A DNA stretch of 64,000 nucleotides from Candidatus Eiseniibacteriota bacterium (GCA_963762255.1 CAVXKA010000002.1:384001-448000), one strand, 5' to 3'. Shown: positions 9,125 to 19,437, counted from the stretch's first letter. Notes: generated by a model from the sequence alone, not told the origin. Numbers and translations are program-made.

Positions 9125-11230
9125 TCATGGCACTCCGGGCCCCATGCGGGAGAGTTCCGCCAGCGCCTGCTCGGCGCGCCCGCGCTCACCGGACCGCGGG
9201 AACCTGCTCAGGAATTCCCCGAGCACCACGCGAGCCGATCCATACCGATCCGCCTCGACCAGAGTCCGAGCCAGACCGAGATACGCCGCTTCCAACGCCG
9301 GGTCGCGGGTCATCGCCTCCCGATAGGCGTCGGCGGCCTGACTCGTCTCGCTCATCGCCTCGTGGGCCCGCCCCAGATTGTAGGAGACCAAGGCGTCGGC
9401 GGGGTCCAACTCGTGCGCGCGGCGTAGCGCGGCCAGCGCCTCCTGCACCTGTCCGTTCCTGAGGACGACGACCCCGAGGTTCCCCCACGGCTTCGCATTC
9501 TCGGGATCCATGCCCACTGCCTCGCGCAGCATGCGCAGCCCGAGTTCCGTCTTCCCCTGACGTGCGAGCACCGTCCCCAGGGCGGAGAAGTACTCCGCGA
9601 GCCGCTGGTTGCCATGAAGCGAGGCGAAGAACTCCGGCGGGATTTGCGAGAGATCGCGCAGCGGCGCCTCGGGGCGGCGGCGCAGGATGCGAATGGTGGG
9701 ACCGAAGTATCGTCCTGCCGTGAAGACGGCTTCTTCCGAGAACGCGCGATCCAGAGAGGCATAGAAGGCGGCCTGCGCCGGGTACTCCCGCGTGTCGGCG
9801 AGGTAGCGATCGTCCACCTGCGAGGAGAGCACCACCGCGTCGAACGTCGCATAGAAGGGCGGCGAGTACGCGGGATCGTAGACATGAGGGGTGATGGAGT
9901 GGAAAGGAAGGTAGAGGACGTTGTAGCGCGATGCGTCGGGCTCGGGGCCGTAACGCTCGACAAGGAGCGTGCTCCCCTCGGAGAGATGCTCGGCGATCCA
10001 GCGCGCAGCGGCAATGCGGGAATCCTCCCGCCCGCGCACCGACACCGCCTGCACCGATCCGACCGCCGGCCATGCCGCCAGCAGCGCCGCCAGCGCGGCC
10101 GTCGTCACACGCCTCGCCCCTATCCGCTCCCCGAGCGCCGACCCGAGAAGCGCCACCCCCGCACCCGCCCACACCGCCACGACCGGAAGGAGAGGGAGGA
10201 TGTAGCGCGGCGCAGCCATCTTCCACGATCCCACGACGAGCCAGAGCAGCAAGGCGAAGACGGCGGCGGGAAGCGCGAGCCGCCGTGACGCGGGTCGGGC
10301 GAGCAACGCGGCGAGGCCGGCGAGCCCGCCGAGGGCGAGCGACGGCGTCCACCCCTCTCCGAGCGCCGTGCGCAGGTAGAACACCCAGGTGCGACCGCCA
10401 TCCAGCCCCAGATGGCCGATCGACATGTGGCGGCGTTCGAACGCGATGTCGCGCGCCGCCGAGGGCGCATCGAGCAGGACGTAGGGGGACGCCACGACAA
10501 ACACAAGGGCCGCGGTGAAGAGCGCCTGCCAGAGCCAGCTTGAGATCACGATCCCCGCCGGGCCCTCGCGGCGCGCACCCACGCGAAGCGCATGGGCGGA
10601 GACGAGCGCGGCAAGGAGCAGAGCACCGGGATACTTGGCGGCGGCGGCGAGACCGATCCAGACCCCGCACCAGAGATAGTCGGAGCGCTGGCCGCGCTCG
10701 ACGAGACGGGTGGATGCGGCCAGCGCGGCAGCGGCGAACAGCGCGAGGAAGATGTCGGGGCTGACGATCTGGCTCTCCACCACCGCCATCGGCGCCAGCG
10801 CGATGAGCACGGCCGCGGTCCAACCCGCCGCGTCACCGGCCAGCCGTTTGGCCATCGCGCGGACGGGCAGCACGAGAAGAGCCCCTGCGATCGCTTGAAG
10901 GCTTCGCCCCCACAGGGTGGCCCGGCTCAGGTCCTCGGCCAGGAGTTGACGGAAGTCGTTCAGTGAATTCACGGCTCCCGTGAGGCTCAACCAGAGATAC
11001 GCGATCGCCTGGGCGCCGAAGTTCAGGTAGAAGCTCAGGCTCGGATAGCGGAAGAAGTGGGGGTTGAGATCGATCGTCCCCCCCGGCTTCCCCCACAGCG
11101 CGATGGCCTCGCGGACCGGCGTCGCTTCTTCGAAGACCTGAGGGAACCCCCATCCAAGATGGGTCACCCGCACGGCCAGCGCGGCCAGCGTGACGAGTCC
11201 CAGAACCAAGGCTTCGGCGCGGCGTGTCAT
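9125..11230 (-). CDS. ArnT/PMT-like (GT-C fold) membrane glycosyltransferase with C-terminal TPRs
   Basis: Acidic loop 'PQVFEEAT', 'NPHFFRYPSL', 'GLAAAAKYPG', 'PRYILPLLP', many TM helices, then TPRs 'PENAKPWGNLG', 'YNLGRAHE', 'AYLGLAR'. Confidence 0.8.
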   Translation of the reverse strand: MTRRAEALVLGLVTLAALAVRVTHLGWGFPQVFEEATPVREAIALWGKPGGTIDLNPHFFRYPSLSFYLNFGAQAIAYLWLSLTGAVNSLNDFRQLLAEDLSRATLWGRSLQAIAGALLVLPVRAMAKRLAGDAAGWTAAVLIALAPMAVVESQIVSPDIFLALFAAAALAASTRLVERGQRSDYLWCGVWIGLAAAAKYPGALLLAALVSAHALRVGARREGPAGIVISSWLWQALFTAALVFVVASPYVLLDAPSAARDIAFERRHMSIGHLGLDGGRTWVFYLRTALGEGWTPSLALGGLAGLAALLARPASRRLALPAAVFALLLWLVVGSWKMAAPRYILPLLPVVAVWAGAGVALLGSALGERIGARRVTTAALAALLAAWPAVGSVQAVSVRGREDSRIAAARWIAEHLSEGSTLLVERYGPEPDASRYNVLYLPFHSITPHVYDPAYSPPFYATFDAVVLSSQVDDRYLADTREYPAQAAFYASLDRAFSEEAVFTAGRYFGPTIRILRRRPEAPLRDLSQIPPEFFASLHGNQRLAEYFSALGTVLARQGKTELGLRMLREAVGMDPENAKPWGNLGVVVLRNGQVQEALAALRRAHELDPADALVSYNLGRAHEAMSETSQAADAYREAMTRDPALEAAYLGLARTLVEADRYGSARVVLGEFLSRFPRSGERGRAEQALAELSRMGPGVP

Positions 11231-11315
11231 CCAGAGATCGCTCCCCAGCGCGAGAAGGATTGCGCGGGCGCGGCCGGGGACCGGATACTTCCCTCGTCGG
11301 ACCCGTTCACGATGA

Positions 11316-11345
11316 AGCATAGGAACTCAGCAAGAGGACGGTCAA
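11316..11345 (-). promoter_or_regulatory. Sigma70-type promoter for the GT-C/TPR gene
   Basis: Minus strand TTGACC-18nt-TATGCT. Confidence 0.5.
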
Positions 11346-11373
11346 GGAAGGCCGCGGCCGCCGAGGATGAACC

Positions 11374-13425
11374 ATGCGTGGCAAACCCCTTCTGATCTGG
11401 ATCTCCGCCGGCGCATGGGCGGCGCTGTGTTTGGGATCGATGCTGGCCGCCACCGGGGGCCGGCTTTCGATGCCCCTCGACGACTCCTACATCTTCTTCC
11501 AGTACGCCCGCCGGCTCGTCGGGGGAGCCCCGTTCTCCTTCCAGTCGGGGGACGGCGTGACCGCAGGCGTGACGAGCCTCCTCACGCTCTTCGTGCACGC
11601 GATCGGCTACCTGATTGGATTCCGAGGCGCCGCAATGTCGATCTTTGCACTCCTCCTCGGAGGTGTGGCGCTGGCATGGGCCGGGCACAGCGCGTGGCGC
11701 CTCGGCCGCCGTCTCTGCCCCCGGGTCGCGTGGCTTCCCCCCGCTCTCGTCTTGACCAGCGGACCTCTGGGGTGGGGCTTCATGAGCGGCATGGATCTTC
11801 CCCTCTTCGTCGCGCTGGCGCTCGCTTTCGCGGCGGACTGGCCCCAGCCCGACACGCGACCGTCTCGGAGGCTCTTCCTCTGGGGCGCCCTGCTCGGCCT
11901 TGCCCGCCCCGACGCGGTGTTCCTCATCGTGCCGGCCGTCCTCCTGGGTCTTTCCCTCCCCGGCCGGCGCACCTGGTGGGCAATCCCGCTTGCCGGTGGG
12001 GTCTTTCCATTCCTGCTGCAATGGGTGCTCACCGGGCGGCCGGAGTCGGCCTCCATGGACGTGAAATCGGTCCTCGGGACCCAGGGCCTCGCGGTGTCCG
12101 ACTGGCTCGCCGGGGGGCTCTCCTACCTGAGCACGACGCTGCGCGGGGTGATGGCCGGCGCGGCGGTGCAGGACGCCTCGGCGATTCGCGCGAACGACGG
12201 ATCGGGCATCGGGTTCTTCCTCGTCCCCTTCGCCCTGCCGCTCTTCCTTCTCGGGCTGCTCCCGGGATCGCTGATCGAGTGGCGCGCCAGGCGGGCGGGG
12301 ATACACGCTCTGCTTCTCGCCTGGGCTGTGCTGCTTGTGCTCGCGGTGTCCTTCACCGTCCCGCGCACCTGGCACTGGCATCGTTACCTCATGCCGGTCT
12401 ACCCGTTGGTCCTTCTCGGCGCAGCGATCGGAGCGGATCGGTTGGGTCGCGGCGTCGAATCGCTATGGCGGGAACTGCGCGAGGGTGACGGGGCGCGCCT
12501 GGTCGGCCTCGCGCTGGTCCTTCTCAGCCTCCCCGGCGCGGCCTTCTTCATCGTCGCCTACGGTCGAAACTGCGCCGACGTCCGATTCCAGCACATCGAG
12601 CTCGCGCAGAGCCTCAACTCGGGGGACCCGGGGGTGCCCCGCATTCTCGGTCTCCACGACACCGGGGCCCTCGCCTACTTCGGAAACTACCGAACCCTCG
12701 ACCTGGAGGGGCTCACGAGCGCGCGCTTTCGGGGACCGGCTCGGCTGGGCGCGGCCGGGGTCTGGGAAGAACTCGAGAGGATGCCCGCGACCGAGCGCCC
12801 GGACATGCTGGCGTTCTACTCGGGGTGGTTCGATCCCGTCTTCCTCCAACCCCATCGGCTGATTCACGCTCAGCGCATCTTTCGCCAGTCCATCGCGGCG
12901 GGGAATCCCCTCAACGTCTATCAGACGGACTGGAGCCTGGCGGGAGCGGGGGATTTGCCCCGAGACCCCTCCCTGCTCGCAGGCCTGGCCGGCGCGCGGT
13001 TGGTCGGGGTGCTGGATGTGGCCGATCTTGCAAGCGAGGCTGAGGCGGACTATCGCTACCGCATCCTGGACGGGGCCTACGAGAACCTGCTCCGGCGCCT
13101 GCCCGCCGCCGACGGAGTCGACGTCATGGACGGCGGGCGGGTGGTGAGCGGAGGCGAGACCTTCACCGTCGGCGGGATCGCCCCCGGCCGGCCGGTCGTG
13201 CTGGTCATGCGCTCGCACGCGTCTTTTCGTCTCAGGGTGGAAATCGGGGACGGGTTCCGCGGTATATGGTCCTCAGTCGCGGGAACGGCGGGGCTCTGGT
13301 CGGAGAGCGCCTTCACCGTTCCGGAGAGCGGCGTGCGTGGGGATCGGCTGACCGTACGGCTGTCCTCCGACGATCCGCATCATTCGGCCTACGGGTCGTT
13401 TCACTACTGGATCTACCAGCGGTGA
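11374..13425 (+). CDS. GT-C-type membrane glycosyltransferase-like protein with C-terminal extracytoplasmic beta domain
   Basis: 'PLDDSYIFFQYAR' DD motif after TM1, 'SGMD', 'LARPD', 'HRYLMP', 'DTGALAYF...DLEGL'. Confidence 0.72.
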   Translation: MRGKPLLIWISAGAWAALCLGSMLAATGGRLSMPLDDSYIFFQYARRLVGGAPFSFQSGDGVTAGVTSLLTLFVHAIGYLIGFRGAAMSIFALLLGGVALAWAGHSAWRLGRRLCPRVAWLPPALVLTSGPLGWGFMSGMDLPLFVALALAFAADWPQPDTRPSRRLFLWGALLGLARPDAVFLIVPAVLLGLSLPGRRTWWAIPLAGGVFPFLLQWVLTGRPESASMDVKSVLGTQGLAVSDWLAGGLSYLSTTLRGVMAGAAVQDASAIRANDGSGIGFFLVPFALPLFLLGLLPGSLIEWRARRAGIHALLLAWAVLLVLAVSFTVPRTWHWHRYLMPVYPLVLLGAAIGADRLGRGVESLWRELREGDGARLVGLALVLLSLPGAAFFIVAYGRNCADVRFQHIELAQSLNSGDPGVPRILGLHDTGALAYFGNYRTLDLEGLTSARFRGPARLGAAGVWEELERMPATERPDMLAFYSGWFDPVFLQPHRLIHAQRIFRQSIAAGNPLNVYQTDWSLAGAGDLPRDPSLLAGLAGARLVGVLDVADLASEAEADYRYRILDGAYENLLRRLPAADGVDVMDGGRVVSGGETFTVGGIAPGRPVVLVMRSHASFRLRVEIGDGFRGIWSSVAGTAGLWSESAFTVPESGVRGDRLTVRLSSDDPHHSAYGSFHYWIYQR

Positions 13426-13578
13426 GGCGCCGGAGGGTAACCCGAAAGGGTCTGTGCTAGACTTTCTTTGCACCCATGCCTCAGTCCTCGTTTGCCGCGA
13501 ACCGGTTTGCGCATCCCCCTCGGCGCAGCCTCAGCGCCCAGGATCGGCGCGGCGAAATTTCATGAGCCGGAGGAAATC

Positions 13579-15201
13579 ATGACCAAGATCAAGGTTCCCG
13601 CCTTGATGATCGCAGCCGCAGTTGTCATCGGGTTCGCGTTCGGCACCGTGCTCACCGGGCAGGTCCACGCGGAGTCCCAGGGCCTGCTGACCCAGCTCCG
13701 CGTCTTCTCGCAGGTGCTCCGATTCGTGGAGCAGAACTACGTGGAGGAAGTGGATTCCACGGAGCTCGTGCGGTCCGGAATCCGGGGCGTCCTCGAGGAT
13801 CTGGACCCCCACTCCACGTATGTCGACCCCGAGGCGTTCGATCGCATGAACGAGCGCAATACCGGGGAGTACGAGGGGATCGGCGTCTCGTTCGAGATCC
13901 GCGACGGCTGGATCACGGTCATTTCGGCCATGGAGGGAGGGCCCTCGGCCAATCTTGGCATCCGCCCCGGGGACCGGATCGTCAAAATCGCGGGCGAATC
14001 GGCGCGCGGGCTCGCCAACGAGGAAGTGGTCGGAAGGCTCAAGGGGCCCAAGGGGACCTCGGTGAGCATCAGCATCGCGCGGCCGGGACTCGACAAGGAA
14101 ATCGAATTCACGATCCTCCGCGACAAGATTCCGATCTTCTCCGTCCCATACGCCTTCATGCTGGACGATGGGGAGACCGGCTACATCCGCATGATCCGCT
14201 TCAGCGCCACCACCGCCGAGGAATTGGAGAAGGCCCTTGTTCAGCTCGAGGGACAGGGCATGAAGCGCCTCGTCTTCGACCTTCGCAACAACACGGGCGG
14301 CTTCCTGAACCAGGCCATCGAGGTCGCGGACAAGTTCATCGACGGCAATCAGGTGATCGTCTCGACGAAGGGACGCATCGAGGGCTCGTCCCAGTTCTAC
14401 TACTCCACGGACGCCACCACCCACCCGCGCGTGCCGCTGATCGTGCTGATCAATCATGGCAGCGCGTCTGCGTCGGAGATCGTGGCGGGGGCGATCCAGG
14501 ACCACGACCGCGGCGTGCTGGCCGGGGTGACGACCTTCGGCAAGGGACTCGTGCAGCGCCAGTTCATGCTCCCCGACGGGTCCGCGCTCCTTCTCACCGT
14601 GGCCCACTACTACACGCCGAGCGGAAGGCTCATCCAGCGCCCCTACACCGACCGCGAGGAGTACCTCGATCACTGGCAGAAGAAGGAGGACGAGCTTGCT
14701 GTGGCCGAGATGGACACCACCGGCAAGCCGCTGTCCTACACCCTCAACGAGCACCGTCCGGTCTACGGCGGGGGCGGCATCAACCCGGACGTGCGGATCA
14801 CCGCAGACTTCGATCTCAACGACGCCGAGATCCAGTTGGAGACGAGCCGCCTCTTCTTCGAGTTCGCGAACACATACGCAACCAAGCACATCGCCAAGGA
14901 TGCGATGACCGAGGACGATTTCATCCGTGACTACCGCCTTCCCGACGCGGCGGTGGCCGCGTTCGCCGCCGAGGCCAAGGCCGACACCTCGATCAAGGTG
15001 CCCGCCGGGGACCTGGCCAATGAGACGGAGTACATCCGGACCGCGATCAAGCGTGAGATGGCGGGAAATTTGTGGGGCCAGAGCGCCCGATACCGGGTGA
15101 TCCTGGCCGAGGACCCGATGATCGCCGCGGCGATGACGCACTTCCCGCAGGCGGAGCTCATGGCCAAGATCCAGGAGAAGGCCGCGGAGGGAAACCGCTA
15201 G
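13579..15201 (+). CDS. ctpA: Carboxyl-terminal processing protease (S41A, PDZ)
   Basis: 'LDPHSTY', 'YEGIG', PDZ domain, 'DLRNNTGG', catalytic 'SASASEIVAGAIQD', 'TFGKGLVQ', 'YYTPSGRLIQ'. GGAGG SD. Confidence 0.95.
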   Translation: MTKIKVPALMIAAAVVIGFAFGTVLTGQVHAESQGLLTQLRVFSQVLRFVEQNYVEEVDSTELVRSGIRGVLEDLDPHSTYVDPEAFDRMNERNTGEYEGIGVSFEIRDGWITVISAMEGGPSANLGIRPGDRIVKIAGESARGLANEEVVGRLKGPKGTSVSISIARPGLDKEIEFTILRDKIPIFSVPYAFMLDDGETGYIRMIRFSATTAEELEKALVQLEGQGMKRLVFDLRNNTGGFLNQAIEVADKFIDGNQVIVSTKGRIEGSSQFYYSTDATTHPRVPLIVLINHGSASASEIVAGAIQDHDRGVLAGVTTFGKGLVQRQFMLPDGSALLLTVAHYYTPSGRLIQRPYTDREEYLDHWQKKEDELAVAEMDTTGKPLSYTLNEHRPVYGGGGINPDVRITADFDLNDAEIQLETSRLFFEFANTYATKHIAKDAMTEDDFIRDYRLPDAAVAAFAAEAKADTSIKVPAGDLANETEYIRTAIKREMAGNLWGQSARYRVILAEDPMIAAAMTHFPQAELMAKIQEKAAEGNR

Positions 15202-15220
15202 GCGGCTCCGCCGGCACGAA

Positions 15221-16237
15221 TCACTTCAGATAGCGGGCCTTGATCCCTCCCCAGCTCTCGCGCTCGACGGGATCCCCGAACCCGACCAGGATCACCCGGC
15301 TGTTCTCGCTGTCCAGGGCGAGCGAGTAGTAGCAGCATCCGGCCATGGTCGGGGTCATGTCGGTGATGACGGCCGAGGCGCAGTTCTGGTCGAAGTTCCA
15401 GCACCCGCCGAAACCATAGAAACACCAGGAGAGAACGCGTCGGTTGCCGGTGTCGGCGATGGTCAGACCGTAGCCCCCGCCCTCGCCGTAGTGCTCGGCC
15501 AGTCCCATGGGGCCGGACAGGTCGGTGGGGGGATCCCAGTCGGTCGCGAGCACGCCCTCCTCGGTGAAGGCCTGCACGCGGTCGGCAGCCCGGTCGGCCA
15601 CGTAGATCCGGCCGCCGCTGATGAGCACCCCGCTCGGCTCCAGGAACTGGCCCGGGTCGCTCCCCTCACTCCCCCAGGCACCCAGGAGCGTCCCATCGAG
15701 CGCGAACTTCAGCACCCGGTGGTTGCCGGTGTCACCGACCACCACATACTCCCTGGCATCGAGAAAGAGCGGATCGAGAAGCTGGCCGCCCCCCGACCCC
15801 CGGCTCCCCCACGCGCGCACGAACGTGCCGTCACGCGTGAACACCTGGATCCGTCCGTTCCCGGAATCGAGGACATAGAGGTTGCCGTCGCCTCCCAGAG
15901 CGACATCCGTGGGGGATTGGAATTCCCCCGTCTCCGAGCCCGCGGTCCCCCAAGCGGTGATGAGGGCCCCAAAGACGTAGTACCTGGCGACGCGATGATG
16001 CCTGGTATCCGCAACGAAAACGTCGCCGGTGACCACGTCGAAGCACATGCCCACGGGGCGATCCAACCCCTCCTGGAGGGGGTCGAGTATGTCGTCGTCG
16101 CAGTCCGCCGACCCCATCGCGCACGTCTGCGCGGCGAGCGGCGGAACGGCGACGAGCATCACGATGATCATGACCAGCGGGGGGAAACTGCGCCAGAACA
16201 CGGCACGACTCGAGCACCCCAGGGAACGGACTCCCAC
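15221..16237 (-). CDS. Secreted NHL-repeat beta-propeller protein with a C-terminal SWGGIKARY tail
   Basis: Signal peptide (…VPPLAA|Q). Repeats 'GEFQSPTDVALGGDGNLYVLDSGNGRIQVF', 'GQFLEPSGV...IYVADRAADRVQAF'. Several Cys residues. Confidence 0.85.
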   Translation of the reverse strand: MGVRSLGCSSRAVFWRSFPPLVMIIVMLVAVPPLAAQTCAMGSADCDDDILDPLQEGLDRPVGMCFDVVTGDVFVADTRHHRVARYYVFGALITAWGTAGSETGEFQSPTDVALGGDGNLYVLDSGNGRIQVFTRDGTFVRAWGSRGSGGGQLLDPLFLDAREYVVVGDTGNHRVLKFALDGTLLGAWGSEGSDPGQFLEPSGVLISGGRIYVADRAADRVQAFTEEGVLATDWDPPTDLSGPMGLAEHYGEGGGYGLTIADTGNRRVLSWCFYGFGGCWNFDQNCASAVITDMTPTMAGCCYYSLALDSENSRVILVGFGDPVERESWGGIKARYLK

Positions 16238-16260
16238 GACGTTGCCCCCTTCCTCGGCGG

Positions 16261-17928
16261 CTACATCTTCTCGCGGATGCTCAACCGCCGGATGCGTGTG
16301 TGCAGGTGCTGGCGGCTCACGCCGAGGAGTCGCGCCGCCTGAGAGATGTTGTTCCCCGACTCGCGGAGCGCGTCGAGAATGGCCGCCTCCTCCGCCCGCT
16401 CCAGCGTCTCCTTGAGCGTCCCCTGCCGCGCCGGACGTGTCGAGGTCCTCGCGGCGATCGCGGGTAGGAGATCCTGCGGCTCGATCTTGTCGGACAGCGC
16501 GAGCGCTCCCGCGCGCTCGATCGCGTTCACCAACTCACGCACGTTTCCGGGCCACAGGTGCGTCAAGAGCACGCGCCGCGCTTCGCGGCCGAAGGTCAGG
16601 TTTGGACGGTGGGCCCGCTCCCGCACTCGGTCCAGCGCATGCTCGCCCAAGAGCAGGACGTCCTCCCCACGCTCGCGCAGCGGAGGCAGGACGATGGTCA
16701 CCACGTTCACACGGTAGTAGAGATCCTCGCGAAACCGGCCCTCATCCACTTCGTGGGCAAGGGTCTTGTGGGTCGCCGCGATGAAGCGCACATCCACTTT
16801 GCGCTCGACGTTCTCGCCCAACCGACGCACGGTGCCTTCCTGCAGGACGCGCAGGAGCTTGACTTGCAGCTTGGAGGTCAGCTCGCCGATCTCGTCCAGG
16901 AAAAGCGTCCCCTTGTCGGCCGCCTCCACGAGTCCGGCATGATCGCGGTCGGCGCCGGTAAAGGCGCCCCGCCGATACCCGAAAAGCTCGCTCTCCAAGA
17001 GCGGTTCCGGGAGGGCGCCGCAGTTCACCGGTACGAAGTTCGCTTCCCGGCGCGGACCATTGAAGTGCAGCGCCTGCGCCACCAGTTCCTTGCCGGTTCC
17101 GGTCTCTCCCTCGAGCAGCAGGGTGACCGCGTTCCCCACTACGCGGTCGAGAACCATGAAGACCTTCTCCATCGCCGGGCTCTCGCCGATGATCTGATCC
17201 CAACCGGTGCGGCGGCCCAGAGCCTGCTTGAGCGATCGGTTCTCCGCTTGCAGCGACTCGGCCTCTTCCTCCAGCCGCTGGCGATGAGCCGCCGTCTCGA
17301 GGGCGATGCCCGCCTGAGCGGCAAAGGCCTCCAGGATCTCGACCCCCTCCCGCTCCAGGAGTCCGGCAACGCTCTGGCTATCCACGTAAAGCGCGCCCGC
17401 CGGACCGTCGGGGCCGGGCATCGGGACACAAACCACGGTGCGCAGGGAGAGTTGCCGAACCGAGCGGCGCGACTTGAAGTCGGGGTTATTCAGCGCGTCC
17501 GAAACGTAGAGGGTCCGCCCCTGGTCGAGCACGCGGTCGAGGATCGTGTGGCTGACGTCGGCGATCGCGGCGGGGTCGCCCGGCGTGCCGTCCTTGGTGC
17601 GCGATGCCACCGTGACTAACCTGCCCAACTCATCGCATTTCAGACAATAGGCGCGATCGGCTCCAGTGATATCGAGAGCATGGATGAGGATGCGCTCGAG
17701 GAGCTCCTCGACCCGACCGATACGGTTCAGGGCGCGGGCGGTCTCCACCAGGAGGAGGAGCTTTCGCCGGCCTTCCTCAAGGACGCGCGCTCTCTCCTCC
17801 GTGCGCTGCAGGGCAGGGATGAGATCGCGCTTCTCCGCCGCCTCCACCGCCCGCGAGGCCTGGCTCAGCAGATCCTCCGGATCGGGGAGGTCGTCGGATC
17901 CCTTCGGTTCAGGGTCGGGTGGGCGCAT
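16261..17928 (-). CDS. GAF-domain sigma54 enhancer-binding protein (GAF-AAA+-Fis HTH)
   Basis: GAF domain 'LRTVVCVPM...GALYVD'; 'GETGTGKE', 'ESELFG', 'GAFTGA', 'LFLDEIG', 'WPGNVREL'; HTH '[16 protein letters not shown]'. Confidence 0.93.
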   Translation of the reverse strand: MRPPDPEPKGSDDLPDPEDLLSQASRAVEAAEKRDLIPALQRTEERARVLEEGRRKLLLLVETARALNRIGRVEELLERILIHALDITGADRAYCLKCDELGRLVTVASRTKDGTPGDPAAIADVSHTILDRVLDQGRTLYVSDALNNPDFKSRRSVRQLSLRTVVCVPMPGPDGPAGALYVDSQSVAGLLEREGVEILEAFAAQAGIALETAAHRQRLEEEAESLQAENRSLKQALGRRTGWDQIIGESPAMEKVFMVLDRVVGNAVTLLLEGETGTGKELVAQALHFNGPRREANFVPVNCGALPEPLLESELFGYRRGAFTGADRDHAGLVEAADKGTLFLDEIGELTSKLQVKLLRVLQEGTVRRLGENVERKVDVRFIAATHKTLAHEVDEGRFREDLYYRVNVVTIVLPPLRERGEDVLLLGEHALDRVRERAHRPNLTFGREARRVLLTHLWPGNVRELVNAIERAGALALSDKIEPQDLLPAIAARTSTRPARQGTLKETLERAEEAAILDALRESGNNISQAARLLGVSRQHLHTRIRRLSIREKM

Positions 17929-18078
17929 GGCGCCTCCGGAGGTGAAATCCATGGATGAACGGCAGGCGACCGACATCCGAGAGAATGTTCAGCAAGAATA
18001 TGCGATCCGGGGGCTATTGTAAACAATCGTTGACGGTGTGGGGCATTTGACCCGGGAAACCAAGGGATGGTGCGCCGA

Positions 18079-19437
18079 TCAGGCGGCGCGGTCGAGTTCC
18101 TCGGGTTCCGTTCCGGCCAGCCCCTGCCGTGTCATGCGGTAGCGCAAGGCGCCGCGTCCCAGCCCGAGGAGCCGGGCCGCTTCGCTCACGTTACCGCCGG
18201 CGACTCGAAGAGCCTCTGCGATGGCCCGACGCTCGATCGCCTCCCACGGCACAGGTCCCCCGGAGAAGTCGATCAGGATCCCTCCTGCCGAGGAGCGGTC
18301 GGACGGGAACGCGACGTCCTTCAGGACATCCTCCTCCGGTGGGGTGAGGAGAGCGAGCCGTTCCATGAGGTTGCGGATTTCCCGCACGTTGCCCGGCCAC
18401 GGGTATCCGGCGAACTTGCTCTCGAGGCCGGGGGACAGTCGGAGCGGCCGGCGGCGCAGGCGGCGCGACGAGTCCTCCAAGAACGTCTGGGCCAGAATCC
18501 ATGCATCGCCTTCGCGCTCGCGCACCGGCGGCAGCTCCACGCGCACGACGTCGAGGCGGAAGTACAGGTCGGCGCGGAACCGTCCCTCGCGCACTTCGGC
18601 AACGAGATCGCGGTTGGTGGCGGCGATGAGGTGGGCGTCGAGCACGATCTCCTCGCGTCCCCCCACGCGGCGAAGGCGCCGCGAATCGAGCACGCGCAGG
18701 AGCTTCGATTGCAGGCCCAGGTCCAGCTCCCCGATCTCATCCAGGAACGCTGTTCCGCCCTGCGCAAGCTCCAGGAGTCCGAGCTTGCCCCGCCGCGCGT
18801 CGGTGAAGGCTCCTTGCTCGTGGCCGAAGAGTTCACTCTCGAGAAGGTTTGCTGGAATCGACGCGCAGTCGACTTCCACGAATGCCCCGTGCGCGCGGGG
18901 CCCCAGCGCGTGGATGCGGCGCGCGGCGATCTCCTTGCCGGTTCCGCTCTCGCCGGTGATGAGGACGCTCGACGGGGCGCCCGCAGCGATGCGCTCGAGC
19001 ATGGTGCGCATGCGCACCATCGCTTCCGAGTCGCCGATCATGGGCGGCGCACCGGCGAGCACCCTCCCCCGCTCGCGACTCTGCCACACGCGGGAGGCCA
19101 GGGAGAGCGCCTCGCGGTCCAGCGACGCGCGGGGCAGCAGCCCGCGCGGGTGGCGGGCGGCGGCGAGCCGATCGATCTCGGACTGCTCCGCCGGCGCGAT
19201 CCAGACCTTTTGAGCGCGCGACGGCGCCTCGTCGAGTGCCGACACCAGGCGGTCCATGCCTGGATCGGGAGCGCCGGTCAAGAGCGCCAGGGCGGGGTCG
19301 GCCCCTGCCCGCACCGACTCGGCGGCACCCTCCGCGCGCGAGAAAGCGAGCACGTGATGTCCTTCGTGCTGTAGCGCGAGACGCACGCGCTCGCGCAGCG
19401 CCTCTTCCGGCTCGACGACGAGAATGGTCAGCGGCAT
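18079..19437 (-). CDS. NtrC-like sigma54 enhancer-binding protein with a degenerate receiver domain
   Basis: 'GESGTGKE', 'ESELFGHEQGAFTDA', 'FLDEIG', 'WPGNVRE'; HTH 'NVSEAARLLGLGRGALRYRM'. The REC-like N-terminus lacks the usual Asp motifs. Confidence 0.9.
   Translation of the reverse strand: MPLTILVVEPEEALRERVRLALQHEGHHVLAFSRAEGAAESVRAGADPALALLTGAPDPGMDRLVSALDEAPSRAQKVWIAPAEQSEIDRLAAARHPRGLLPRASLDREALSLASRVWQSRERGRVLAGAPPMIGDSEAMVRMRTMLERIAAGAPSSVLITGESGTGKEIAARRIHALGPRAHGAFVEVDCASIPANLLESELFGHEQGAFTDARRGKLGLLELAQGGTAFLDEIGELDLGLQSKLLRVLDSRRLRRVGGREEIVLDAHLIAATNRDLVAEVREGRFRADLYFRLDVVRVELPPVREREGDAWILAQTFLEDSSRRLRRRPLRLSPGLESKFAGYPWPGNVREIRNLMERLALLTPPEEDVLKDVAFPSDRSSAGGILIDFSGGPVPWEAIERRAIAEALRVAGGNVSEAARLLGLGRGALRYRMTRQGLAGTEPEELDRAA

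Noticed and set aside
13531-15141. 536-aa minus-strand ORF
   Set aside because: Antisense shadow of ctpA.
15480-16060. Repeated DNA segments in the NHL gene
   Set aside because: Explained by protein-level beta-propeller repeats.
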